Shown here piece by piece: positions 9,595 to 19,103 of a DNA stretch of 64,000 nt. Under the pieces are notes generated by a model that worked only from the letters and a program-made list of their open reading frames with translations, was not told where the DNA came from and did not search any database. The stretch lies in NCBI GenBank assembly GCA_018238545.1, contig JABCTC010000004.1, positions 48,416-112,415 of the forward strand, in the 5' to 3' direction. How positions within the stretch are numbered: the first letter of the stretch is position 1; the number at the start of each line of letters is the position of its first letter. The position numbers and the translations under genes are program-made. The stretch is from Candidatus Heimdallarchaeota archaeon (GTDB taxonomy: Archaea; Asgardarchaeota; Heimdallarchaeia; Heimdallarchaeales; Heimdallarchaeaceae).

Positions 9595-9615
9595 ACTTTT
9601 TTTGTGGATTGATAG

Positions 9616-10488
9616 ATGAAAAAAGAAATCAAGGATCTTCTAGACAATTACTCAGTCTCTGAATATGAAAAATTAGCAAAAGCTCAAGATTTAGTTATGT
9701 CAGATAATACTTCAATTAGAGTGTTAACAAGCAAACCTGAAAAAAGCAAAGCAAACGGTTATGTTCTATTTGTAGTGCCAGGCTGGTCTACAGTTGTTCC
9801 TGCCTGGGAAAAGTTCTTGATGGAAGCAATGAAAGATTTTGAGATAGTATATTTTGAATCTAGGGAAAAAGCATCTAGTGGACTTACAAGAAAATCTGAA
9901 GTTGGAATGCCTCGTATGGCTCTTGATTTAAAAGAAGTGATTGAACAATTAAAACTTGATGAAAAAAAACTAGTTATGTTCGGTTCATGTATAGGTGCAA
10001 CAACTATTGTTTGTGGCTTAGTAGATAAGTTATATAATCCACATTTACCAGTGTTAGTGGCTCCTCCTGCAAGATTTGAGTATCCGGAATTTCACAGACC
10101 CTTCATAGCCATAACTCCTTCATTCTTTCTTAATATTGCAAAACCTTTGGGAAGATTCTGGTTAATTAAATTCAAATCAGGGTCGCCACAACAAGCTGCA
10201 AAATACATTAGAGCTTTAGAGGAAGCTGATGGTTTCAAATGGAAGAAAATGGGACTTTATCTTGCTTACAAAAGATACTGGAAAGTGTTTCCCTTGGTTG
10301 AAAATCATGTCTTACTCATTGCTGCTGAAAATGATAAGATGCACGATGCGAAAGTAACAAGAAAAGTGAAGGACCTAATAAAAAACGCTCAATATATTGA
10401 TCTGAAAACCAATGAAAATACTCATTCTAAAGTTATGATAGACACAATAAGAGAGCATATACCGAAATTTAAAGGTCTTAATCACTAA
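9616..10488 (+). CDS. Alpha/beta hydrolase fold protein
   Basis: FVVPGW oxyanion loop, GSCIG nucleophile elbow, LLIAAEND acid, C-terminal His (ENTH). Confidence 0.8.
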   Translation: MKKEIKDLLDNYSVSEYEKLAKAQDLVMSDNTSIRVLTSKPEKSKANGYVLFVVPGWSTVVPAWEKFLMEAMKDFEIVYFESREKASSGLTRKSEVGMPRMALDLKEVIEQLKLDEKKLVMFGSCIGATTIVCGLVDKLYNPHLPVLVAPPARFEYPEFHRPFIAITPSFFLNIAKPLGRFWLIKFKSGSPQQAAKYIRALEEADGFKWKKMGLYLAYKRYWKVFPLVENHVLLIAAENDKMHDAKVTRKVKDLIKNAQYIDLKTNENTHSKVMIDTIREHIPKFKGLNH

Positions 10489-10528
10489 TCACATTAGATT
10501 TTAATATTCATACTATCTATTTTTATTT

Positions 10529-11599
10529 GTGAAGATCAAGAGCTTAGGATTAGACAATATACGTTCTGTAGAATGGATAGATGATACCGAAAGTTTGCAA
10601 CTGATTGACCAAAGACTAATTCCATTTCGTGTAGCATTTGTTCAGTTAACTTCTGTTGAAGACGTTTGTAGATCTATAAAAGAAATGGTTGTTCGAGGAG
10701 CACCTGCAATTGGTGCCACGGCTGCATACGGCATGGTACTATCAGTTAAAGAAGCAAATAATGTTTCCAAACAAGCAAGAAAAGAGTCTTTTGAAAGAAA
10801 TTATAATGATATCCTTTCCACTCGTCCAACTGCAATTGATTTAAGTAATTTTGCTAAGAAGATATACGATAAAGCACTTGAAACTGATTATTCTTTTGAT
10901 GAATCGCTCAAAGTTGCCAAGATTTCAGTTGATAAAATGGTTGAAGAGTGTAAAAACATAGGTGAAAAGAGCACGGATTATATAGAAGATGGGGATTCAA
11001 TATTAACTCATTGTAATGCAGGACCATTAGCAACAATTGACTTTGGTACTGCTTTGGCTCCTTTTTACAAGGCCAAAGAAGATGGGAAGGAGATAACAGT
11101 CTATGTGGATGAAACAAGACCTAGATTACAAGGTGCAAAAATAACTGCTTGGGAGTTAGAACAAGCTGAGATCAAACATAAAATCATACCTGACTCTGCT
11201 GCATCTTTTCTCATGTCAAAGGGCAAGATTAACAAAGTAATCCTGGGAGCTGATAGATGTTTGAAAGATGGAACAATTTCGAATAAAATAGGAACACTAT
11301 CAGTAGCAGTGAATGCAAAATATTTTGATATACCTTTCTATTCATCATTTCCATGGTCAACAATAGATCTTGAATCAGATTCTATTGAAGATTTCAAAAT
11401 TGAATATAGAGATGAGAAAGAAGTAAAATATGTAACAAGTTATGAAGATGAGATGTTAATAGCCAATCCTAAATCTAACGCTTTAAACCCAGCATTTGAT
11501 ATAACTCCTCCTGAACTCATAACTGGTTATTTTACTCCAGATGGAGTATTATCTCTAAATGTATTGAAAAGTAAGATAAAAAGTTTAAATAAAAAATAA
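10529..11599 (+). CDS. mtnA: S-methyl-5-thioribose-1-phosphate isomerase
   Basis: LIDQRLIP, MVVRGAPAIG, TRPTAIDL, THCNAGPLAT, DETRPRLQGA, GADR, NKIGT, NPAFDITP. Confidence 0.92.
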   Translation: MKIKSLGLDNIRSVEWIDDTESLQLIDQRLIPFRVAFVQLTSVEDVCRSIKEMVVRGAPAIGATAAYGMVLSVKEANNVSKQARKESFERNYNDILSTRPTAIDLSNFAKKIYDKALETDYSFDESLKVAKISVDKMVEECKNIGEKSTDYIEDGDSILTHCNAGPLATIDFGTALAPFYKAKEDGKEITVYVDETRPRLQGAKITAWELEQAEIKHKIIPDSAASFLMSKGKINKVILGADRCLKDGTISNKIGTLSVAVNAKYFDIPFYSSFPWSTIDLESDSIEDFKIEYRDEKEVKYVTSYEDEMLIANPKSNALNPAFDITPPELITGYFTPDGVLSLNVLKSKIKSLNKK

Positions 11600-11614
11600 A
11601 AAAGGAAAAAAGGA

Positions 11615-13795
11615 TTATTTTCTTCGTTTAATGATAACTACTAGAGCTGTCACACTTAAGAAACCAAGAACAGTAATAAGAACCCCAGGAGCATCAATTG
11701 AAACAGTATTACTTGGTGTTTCAGGTTCGGTTGGATCTTCTGTATCATTTATCCCATCATCTGGACTAACAAATACTTCAATGAAATCGTAAGATTCATT
11801 ACCATATACATCAAACGCTACTATTTCGAAAAGCCAGTATCCAACAGTTAGATAACTTAGATCTAATACAAATTCTTCAGTTGTACTACTAGCATAAACA
11901 AATGCTACTTCAGTAGAGTTTTGCCACACGGTGTAATTATCTAGATTATCATCGTATATAGTCCATTTGAGTGTAATATTATGACCTTCTTCCATGTTTA
12001 TTGGTGTTCCAGTGTGAGTAAGTGTAGGTTCTTTAACATCAACAGTTCCTGAACCCTCTGCATGTATTATGAAGTGGATATAGTTTTCATGACCCATTGT
12101 ATCATTAGCCATAATACTAAATTCATAATCTCCAGCGGTGAATATATGCTCTTTTGGTTTGAATGAAATAGTTTTGCCATCTGTATATATTCCTGACTCT
12201 ATGATTGTTCCATCAAATTTAACCGCATAATTGGTAGGATCTATGTCAAATAATTGCCAATAGAATGTAATATCGTCTCCAATCCAATACCAATAATCTC
12301 CGGTTGGCCCAGCAATCACTGGAGTATCTGGAGAGAGAACTTCGACAGTTACATAAAGATCAATTGATACTCCTTCATTGTCTTCAAATACAATTAGATA
12401 ATCATATATTCCTTCTGATAATCCATAATCATATAACCATATGGTATCATTTTGATAACCTTCCCAGTAATCCATGTAACTATAAACAAATCCATCCCAT
12501 TTATAGGTTTGAACTGTCCAGTTTGTATCAGAATAAACATTAAATGGACTATCAAGTTCGGATCCTATTAGTGTAATGTAATCAGGTCCTTCTATCCACG
12601 AAGGTCCCCAAGTTGGAATGACTGTTCTTTCTTCATCTAGGTAGAATTCCCAAGTTGAATTAAGATTATGATTAAAGTCATCATATACAACAAATTTTAT
12701 CCAATGTCCATTAGTTGGTCCATCGAAAGGTATATCGTCTACAAAAACATCGTATTCATTATAACCAGAGGAAACGGAACTAACAGTATCATACAGATTT
12801 TCATCCAAATATACTTCCACTGTAACAGATGGTCCAGCATTCAATATATCAAATGGGATTGTCATCCAAGTAGTATTGTATATCCTATTATCAAAGGCAT
12901 AAGGTAATAATGCAGGAATTTCTACATCTGTTGCTCCACCATAAGCTGCGGTTGAACCAACAAGTTTCCAAACCTGAGAGTAAGTATACTTAGTGTTATC
13001 ATGACCTGACAGATTTGTTCCAAGTTCTGTACTGTAACCTCCAAAAGTTCCATAATCATCATAGATTATTGTTTGCTTTAATTCGAGCATATAGCCTGTT
13101 GCAGGATCAATGTAAGCAGTGAAGTAAGATGTAAAATCTTCGTATATTGTATAGCTCACATCATATTGATATTGTGTCCAACTTCCACTTGAAGTGTAGG
13201 AATAGGAATAAACATCAACTGTAATTGGTGTTGTTACACCGTTTATAGTATAAGATACAGTTGTTGTGGTATTATATACAGAAACACTGTAAATATAAGC
13301 TGGATCAAAATTCAATGTAGGTGCAAAAGTGTCATATATGTTAGCAGGAGAGAAATAACTATAGTTGTAATTTGAGTCATAATAATGATCATGAGAGTAA
13401 TCAAATTCCCAAGATGTCATTGGATAATTATATACATAGTCCATGCCAGTATAGTGATTTGTTCCATAATAATATGAACTAACTTTATCAGCTGTTACTG
13501 TGCTGGATGTATTTCCAGTTATGAAATAGCTTTGTAATTCTGTTTGTGTATTTGTATCATCATAAATATACCAATGCGACATGTCATAGTAGGGATCAAA
13601 GTTTGGTTCAAATTCATACCAAATTTGAAAATCTCCTTCATATCGATCAATATAGTTAATCTCATAGAGAAGTTGTTCACCAGGTAAAACATCCTGATAA
13701 GCGGTTGCATTACTGATACCAAATCCTCCAATTAATAAAGATAATATTATTGTTGTGCAAATAAAATAACTTGAACCCCTTTTCAAGTTTATCAC
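11615..13795 (-). CDS. Large cell-surface glycoprotein with Ig-like repeats and C-terminal anchor
   Basis: Signal peptide, Tyr/Thr/Asp-rich beta domain, repeated P.I.GP.D...W...D...Y.V modules, Pro/Thr/Glu linker, APG+TM+KRRK. Confidence 0.75.
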   Translation of the reverse strand: MINLKRGSSYFICTTIILSLLIGGFGISNATAYQDVLPGEQLLYEINYIDRYEGDFQIWYEFEPNFDPYYDMSHWYIYDDTNTQTELQSYFITGNTSSTVTADKVSSYYYGTNHYTGMDYVYNYPMTSWEFDYSHDHYYDSNYNYSYFSPANIYDTFAPTLNFDPAYIYSVSVYNTTTTVSYTINGVTTPITVDVYSYSYTSSGSWTQYQYDVSYTIYEDFTSYFTAYIDPATGYMLELKQTIIYDDYGTFGGYSTELGTNLSGHDNTKYTYSQVWKLVGSTAAYGGATDVEIPALLPYAFDNRIYNTTWMTIPFDILNAGPSVTVEVYLDENLYDTVSSVSSGYNEYDVFVDDIPFDGPTNGHWIKFVVYDDFNHNLNSTWEFYLDEERTVIPTWGPSWIEGPDYITLIGSELDSPFNVYSDTNWTVQTYKWDGFVYSYMDYWEGYQNDTIWLYDYGLSEGIYDYLIVFEDNEGVSIDLYVTVEVLSPDTPVIAGPTGDYWYWIGDDITFYWQLFDIDPTNYAVKFDGTIIESGIYTDGKTISFKPKEHIFTAGDYEFSIMANDTMGHENYIHFIIHAEGSGTVDVKEPTLTHTGTPINMEEGHNITLKWTIYDDNLDNYTVWQNSTEVAFVYASSTTEEFVLDLSYLTVGYWLFEIVAFDVYGNESYDFIEVFVSPDDGINDTEDPTEPETPSNTVSIDAPGVLITVLGFLSVTALVVIIKRRK

Positions 13796-13880
13796 CTATT
13801 AAATTTTATCTTCAAAGTATTTAAATAAAAGGATAAGGGAAAGCGTGAAAGTAAGCCAGAATGAATTATTGCTATACATT

Positions 13881-13909
13881 AAAAAATAAAAAAAAAGAGT
13901 AAAAAAGGA
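13881..13909 (-). terminator. Long T-tract terminator
   Basis: A-rich on + strand, i.e. poly-T on - strand, directly after the stop at 13911. Confidence 0.45.
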
Positions 13910-13910
13910 T

Positions 13911-14873
13911 TTACTTCCTTTTTCTAGCTAAAACTACTACTAATCCAATAGCTACAAAAGAAACTAATACACCAACAAATGGGAAGGGTAAGAAGAAACC
14001 AGATTTTATTACAACCTCTATAGGTTGGAATTCCATTTGAGAACTTCCAGAAGTATCTTTTTCTAATGATCTGATTAGTAAACCAGTTTTTAGTTCATAG
14101 TGAGTATCAACTTCACCAACATCATCTAATCCAAAGGTTGCTGTGTTAATATATTCCACATTCATACAATCATAAGCATCTCCTTGAGTAGTAGTAATTG
14201 GTTCAAATTCGTCCACTACACCATTTGAAGGCTCAAAACTGACTGTATCAGCTACATTACCATGAGGATTAACTGCGTAAGGTGTATATGCATTATACGA
14301 TAATAAAACAGCATTAATTATCGCGAATGAGAATATCATCCCAAAATAATCCACATAGTTGGTTTCAGATCCATCCATATCTTCCCACAGGTAAGACACA
14401 CCTTCAATAGTGATATTTGCTTTGTCGAAATCCATCATTCCAGCTGTATCTTTTAGATAGAGAATATCTACTGAAGCTTCCCAGGTAGCGTTTCTCATCA
14501 TCAATGTTGCTGCAGGTAGGAAAGTTGTTCTATTATGTTCAAAAACAGCAGCTGTTATTTCCATTACGGTCATATCATCAGCTCCAAGAGGATTTTCCCC
14601 ATCTGCTTGAAATTCGTATAGAACCTTGAAATTGACAAGATTGAGAAGAGTGTTTGTGTCGTTCCATATTTCGTCTACTGAAAGTGTCATATACGCCATC
14701 AAAACGTCATTGTGAGTTGAATTTGTATAAAGGTATTTTCCTTTTACATAACTACCTTCAGTTACTACTAACTGGTCAGATAAAAGTGCTCCTTGAGATA
14801 GAGCTGAAAAACAAATAGATGCGACCAGTAACCCCGTTATTAAAATTGTAAATGATTTGACTTTTCTATTCAT
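13911..14873 (-). CDS. Secreted/surface protein with C-terminal TM anchor
   Basis: Signal peptide; acidic beta-rich body (HYELKTGLLIR); LPFP+TM+RKRK tail. Confidence 0.7.
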   Translation of the reverse strand: MNRKVKSFTILITGLLVASICFSALSQGALLSDQLVVTEGSYVKGKYLYTNSTHNDVLMAYMTLSVDEIWNDTNTLLNLVNFKVLYEFQADGENPLGADDMTVMEITAAVFEHNRTTFLPAATLMMRNATWEASVDILYLKDTAGMMDFDKANITIEGVSYLWEDMDGSETNYVDYFGMIFSFAIINAVLLSYNAYTPYAVNPHGNVADTVSFEPSNGVVDEFEPITTTQGDAYDCMNVEYINTATFGLDDVGEVDTHYELKTGLLIRSLEKDTSGSSQMEFQPIEVVIKSGFFLPFPFVGVLVSFVAIGLVVVLARKRK

Positions 14874-14967
14874 TGTAATAAAATATAATTAATTTCTACA
14901 TTATATAGTTTTTGTTAAAGAAAATTAGAGGAAATTAATCTGCAACTAGAGAACTATCTAAGACATT

Positions 14968-15810
14968 TCAGGATTCGTGTATTTTGGCTAGTTTTGTTTT
15001 CATCATATAATTTTCTAGCTGTTGATAGTTCTGGGAAACATCCATATCAAGACCAAAACCAAGGTCTTCAATAAGAACTGTGCCCATTTTCATTTTGAAG
15101 GCTCGTTCCAAGACTATGACTGCATCTTTAAGTTTTGCACGTCTAAGAACAAGCTTAAAGAGCTTTGTCCATGTAGCAGGACGTCGGAAAACATACCAAG
15201 CAACAGCCCAGAATGATCGTTTTCTTCGAAGTCTACTTATATCAGCTATTATTTGTTCACCTTCAAGAATTGCCTTTTTACTCAGAGTAAACATCTCACC
15301 TGGAAAAATCTGACAATCTGTAAAATCACCAGTAACTCTCCCCGCTTCAGGGAACTCCTTTTGACATAGTCCATAAGGAACTACAGAGAGAATGAAATCA
15401 TATTCTCTCATCTCCATAACAGCTTCAAGGAACTCATCTATTTTTTCAACAGTAATCGCTGGTGTATCTGCCATACAGATAACATATTCATCAAATGATT
15501 TTCCTCTAGCCTTCAAATGTTGATATCCTTCAACATATTTTTCACTTAAATCTGCAAAAAAATCAACAGGAATATATTCAACTGCTTCACCAAAATCCAA
15601 ATCTTCTTTTGAAATACCTAAACTATAAATTCCTTCAACATGTTTCGATTGAACTAGCTCATCAACCACCCATTGAGCAACAGGTTTCCCTAGAAAGGGC
15701 AAGAGACACTTTCCTTTATACTTATCATCAGGATCTAAAACTTGCATGATTTCTCTTTTAATGTTTTTATCTCGACCAGACATCAGGAAAATAGGGAATT
15801 TTTTGGTCAA
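14968..15810 (-). CDS. MobA/CobY-like NTP transferase (paralog 1)
   Basis: IFLMSG, KCLLPFLGKPVAQWVVDEL, MADTP, GLDMD. Confidence 0.8.
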   Translation of the reverse strand: MTKKFPIFLMSGRDKNIKREIMQVLDPDDKYKGKCLLPFLGKPVAQWVVDELVQSKHVEGIYSLGISKEDLDFGEAVEYIPVDFFADLSEKYVEGYQHLKARGKSFDEYVICMADTPAITVEKIDEFLEAVMEMREYDFILSVVPYGLCQKEFPEAGRVTGDFTDCQIFPGEMFTLSKKAILEGEQIIADISRLRRKRSFWAVAWYVFRRPATWTKLFKLVLRRAKLKDAVIVLERAFKMKMGTVLIEDLGFGLDMDVSQNYQQLENYMMKTKLAKIHES

Positions 15811-15936
15811 TTAGCCTTTCACCATAAAGAATAGATAAACCGCGTGTTATTTATAAAGGATTGGCTGAAACATTACTTATTTTATCCCAATTACACTAGA
15901 AATATTTATATCTGCATAAGATTTGACACCTTTGCA

Positions 15937-16656
15937 ATGGTAATGAATGGTTTAGTCTCATTAATATTCTTCGGAATAGAACTTGCAATACTAATAGTAG
16001 TTATTATCTTCAACAGAGATCACAAACATTTCTGGGAGATAGTAGCATTCTTAGTATTATTACAACTATATCAGCTATCGGAATTTCTTGTATGCATAGG
16101 AGTGAGTGTTGGATTCATAACACGAATAGGTTTTGTGATCATAACATTTCTACCACCTCTAGGTTACTTTCTTTGTACGAGGGTTGTGAAATGGAAATTC
16201 CCTGACTACTGGTTTGGCTTTGCTTTGGCAATAGCATTCTCAATTTATTATATCGTGGATACATCCTCCGTTGTGCTGGTAGATTGTAATCCTTTTTTTG
16301 CAACATATCAATCAACCGGTAGTATATCTATAGGTCCTAGTACAGCTCCGTATGAATTACGTATAAGTGCGTTATATAGTGCTTTTTACTTTGGTTCGCT
16401 CTTATACAGCATTTGGTTCCTTGTTGAAAATCTCATCTGGGCTAAAGATAAAATCGACAACAAATATGGAACTATAGTTCTAATAGGGTTTCTTTCTTTC
16501 ATGTTGCCTATGCTATTAATGGTCATACTCCTACCACAGTATGCTGTTGCAGTAGCAAGTATTTTGTGCAAGTATGCCCTCATCTTAGCGGTTACGTTGT
16601 TAGGGTTCTCTTTCATAAAAGATAAAAAACCTCTTGAAGAAACTTCGAAGGTATAA
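15937..16656 (+). CDS. Stand-alone 7TM membrane protein
   Basis: Seven hydrophobic segments from the ATG at 15937 (the track start 15844 adds an implausible leader); LLQLYQLSEFLVC, ITFLPPLG, SILCKYAL. Confidence 0.7.
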   Translation: MVMNGLVSLIFFGIELAILIVVIIFNRDHKHFWEIVAFLVLLQLYQLSEFLVCIGVSVGFITRIGFVIITFLPPLGYFLCTRVVKWKFPDYWFGFALAIAFSIYYIVDTSSVVLVDCNPFFATYQSTGSISIGPSTAPYELRISALYSAFYFGSLLYSIWFLVENLIWAKDKIDNKYGTIVLIGFLSFMLPMLLMVILLPQYAVAVASILCKYALILAVTLLGFSFIKDKKPLEETSKV

Positions 16657-16662
16657 AGATCT

Positions 16663-17487
16663 TCAAACTATTTTTTTTATTTTTTTAACATATTTTTCTA
16701 GTTTCTCATAATCTCCTGGAAGATCCATGTCCATACCAATGCCTGGATCGTCAAGAAGAACAACATCTGCTTTACAGCTAAATGCTCTTTCAAAACCTAT
16801 TACTGCATCCTGTAGTGTAGCAGTTTTCATAAAAATTTTCAGAATCTTTGACCAAGACCTAGGTCTTTTACCAATAAATTTCAGAATCTGCTTAAAAGAG
16901 CGTTTTTTGCGTATGTTTGAGAAACTTTTGATAACTTCTTCCCCTTTATCTATTGCTCTTGGACTAAGAAATAACACATCTCCTTGAACCAAATTATGTT
17001 TACCAATTCTTGCAACTGCTCTTTCTGAATTGGGTATAGCGTCTTCTATTATATCTGCTGGAACAACTCCTAGGACAAAATCATATCCTCTTCGATCCTG
17101 TAAAACTTCCATGAATTGATTAAATCCTTCTAGGGTCATTCCAGGTATATCAGAAAATGTTATGATGATATTATCAGGATGGATATTTTTACTTCTTAGG
17201 TACTTCAATCCTGCTTTATACTTTGAGTAGAGAGTACCTTTGGAACGAACAGGAATAAATTCAAGATTCCCTCTCAAATCTGCGTCAGATTCATCTAAAC
17301 CAAGAATATAAATTTTATCAACGTATTCAGATTCTTCTAGAACATCAATTACCCACTGAACTAGAGGTTTGCCAAGAAATGGAAGCAAACTCTTAGCTTT
17401 GTATTGCTCATTTGGGTCATGGAAAACAAGTAAATCTCTTCGAACTTCATCTCTTCCTGCAAATAAGAATACGGGAAATTTTATCAT
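16663..17487 (-). CDS. MobA/CobY-like NTP transferase (paralog 2)
   Basis: VFLFAG, KSLLPFLGKPLVQWVIDVL, FSDIP, GMDMDLPGDY. Confidence 0.8.
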   Translation of the reverse strand: MIKFPVFLFAGRDEVRRDLLVFHDPNEQYKAKSLLPFLGKPLVQWVIDVLEESEYVDKIYILGLDESDADLRGNLEFIPVRSKGTLYSKYKAGLKYLRSKNIHPDNIIITFSDIPGMTLEGFNQFMEVLQDRRGYDFVLGVVPADIIEDAIPNSERAVARIGKHNLVQGDVLFLSPRAIDKGEEVIKSFSNIRKKRSFKQILKFIGKRPRSWSKILKIFMKTATLQDAVIGFERAFSCKADVVLLDDPGIGMDMDLPGDYEKLEKYVKKIKKIV

Positions 17488-17568
17488 AATAAAATTAGTA
17501 TAGCTTAAGTAATTTATAATTCTTTTACTGCAACAATAGTTTATAACCTAAGGCAAGTTAATATCGAT

Positions 17569-18444
17569 TTAACTTATACCTTCGGTGTAAGGAATATTTT
17601 TTGTTTTGCTAACAAATCTCTTCACTTTGTCATAATCTTCAGGTAAATCAATATCCATACCTGAAGCACCATCGTGAGAAATTACAGCTTTCACGGAAAG
17701 TTTGCTAATAATAGAAATTATTTTTTCAGCTCCTTTGAGTTCTAATTTACCTCGTATAAATTTAATAACAAGAGGCCAAGTTCTTGGTCTTCTGAAAATC
17801 ATTCGAAGTATTGGTGTTAAGGCACTAGTGGATTTTGATCTTTCTCTTCTTTTAATTAAACGGCGCCTTCGACCGAACTCATCAATCAGTTTGGAACAAG
17901 ATTTTATTGCTTTCTCATTGACCATATATAGTTCACCAGGGAAGACATCTATGTCAGTAAATTTTCCTACAACACGTTCGTGTTCGGGAAATATTTCTTT
18001 AACAGATTCTTCAGAAACTACAACTTGAATATAATCATAATCTTCATTTTTTTCTACTGCTTCAAAGAACTCATTTATCGCCTCAACTGTAATACAAGGA
18101 GTATCTGATGATGAGACAATGAATTTCTCAGTGTTCTTACCTTGTGCACGAACGTAGCTCAAGCCTGCTAACAATTTTTCCCCATAATTAGATGTAGCAG
18201 AGATAGGTACATAATTCACATGATAGTCAAATTTCGCTTGCTCTTCTGTGACACCTAGAAGATATATTTCTTCCACATAAGGTGATTTGATTAGTTCTTC
18301 TAACTGCCAATCCATCATTCGTTTACCAAGAAATGGCACTAATCCTTTTACGCCATATCTTCCATCAGGATCTATGAAATTTAATAATTCTCGTTTTTTC
18401 TTATCACTTCCACAGAGTACTAAAACAGGATATTTAGATGCCAA
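17569..18444 (-). CDS. MobA/CobY-like NTP transferase (paralog 3)
   Basis: VLVLCG, KGLVPFLGKRMMDWQLEEL, SSDTP, GMDIDLPEDY. Confidence 0.8.
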   Translation of the reverse strand: MASKYPVLVLCGSDKKKRELLNFIDPDGRYGVKGLVPFLGKRMMDWQLEELIKSPYVEEIYLLGVTEEQAKFDYHVNYVPISATSNYGEKLLAGLSYVRAQGKNTEKFIVSSSDTPCITVEAINEFFEAVEKNEDYDYIQVVVSEESVKEIFPEHERVVGKFTDIDVFPGELYMVNEKAIKSCSKLIDEFGRRRRLIKRRERSKSTSALTPILRMIFRRPRTWPLVIKFIRGKLELKGAEKIISIISKLSVKAVISHDGASGMDIDLPEDYDKVKRFVSKTKNIPYTEGIS

Positions 18445-18620
18445 ATCAATTACCGAGATATCAATTCTCTGCTCCTTTAAAAATTATTGCGTGAAATTTA
18501 TTCCAACTCAAACATATCTCAAACAACTTTTTTTATTAAATATTTTTTAATGAAACAACTTTAAATAAAAGTCGTATAACGTATACTAGTTATCAGAGAG
18601 ATAGTATTTCTCTAAAATAA

Positions 18621-19067
18621 GTGATAATAATGGCATTAAAAGATGGAGACTGCATAAAATTTGTTCAAGGTAAATATGAAGAAACCTTAGATTTCCAAAA
18701 AAGTGAACAAACTGAGATCTTTAATTGGAAACAGGAGAAATTAACTCTAGGTTTACAATACTGGGATTCAAAACTTGATAGGGTAAACGAGTGGAAAGAT
18801 AGCCAGAAACAATCTTGTATAACTTGGTGGATTGGAGTAAGATGGATTTGTATAGCTTATACATTTACTGTTTTTGGTGTTTGGTTTGCATTTGAATGGA
18901 CTAAACACATAATTGCGCTATGTTATGTATATGAAATATTTGCTTGTTCTTATGCCTGGAATTGGATCAGTACAAGTTTGAAATTAGTATGGTATACAAT
19001 TGTAACTTTTATCTGTATGATTCTCATATGGATTTGGAAACCTCTAAGACCAGCACATAGAGTTTAA
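18621..19067 (+). CDS. Trp/Cys-rich hypothetical protein with 11-residue periodicity
   Basis: Open 148-aa frame; polar N-half, hydrophobic C-half; aromatic residue every 11 aa. Confidence 0.6.
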   Translation: MIIMALKDGDCIKFVQGKYEETLDFQKSEQTEIFNWKQEKLTLGLQYWDSKLDRVNEWKDSQKQSCITWWIGVRWICIAYTFTVFGVWFAFEWTKHIIALCYVYEIFACSYAWNWISTSLKLVWYTIVTFICMILIWIWKPLRPAHRV

Positions 19068-19103
19068 ATTACTCAAAGAATGTTTGATAAACATTCTCTT
19101 TTT

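Noticed and set aside
10529-11599. eIF2B subunit or ribose-1,5-bisphosphate isomerase
   Set aside because: LIDQR N-terminus, THCNAG.LAT and ETRPRLQG match MtnA specifically
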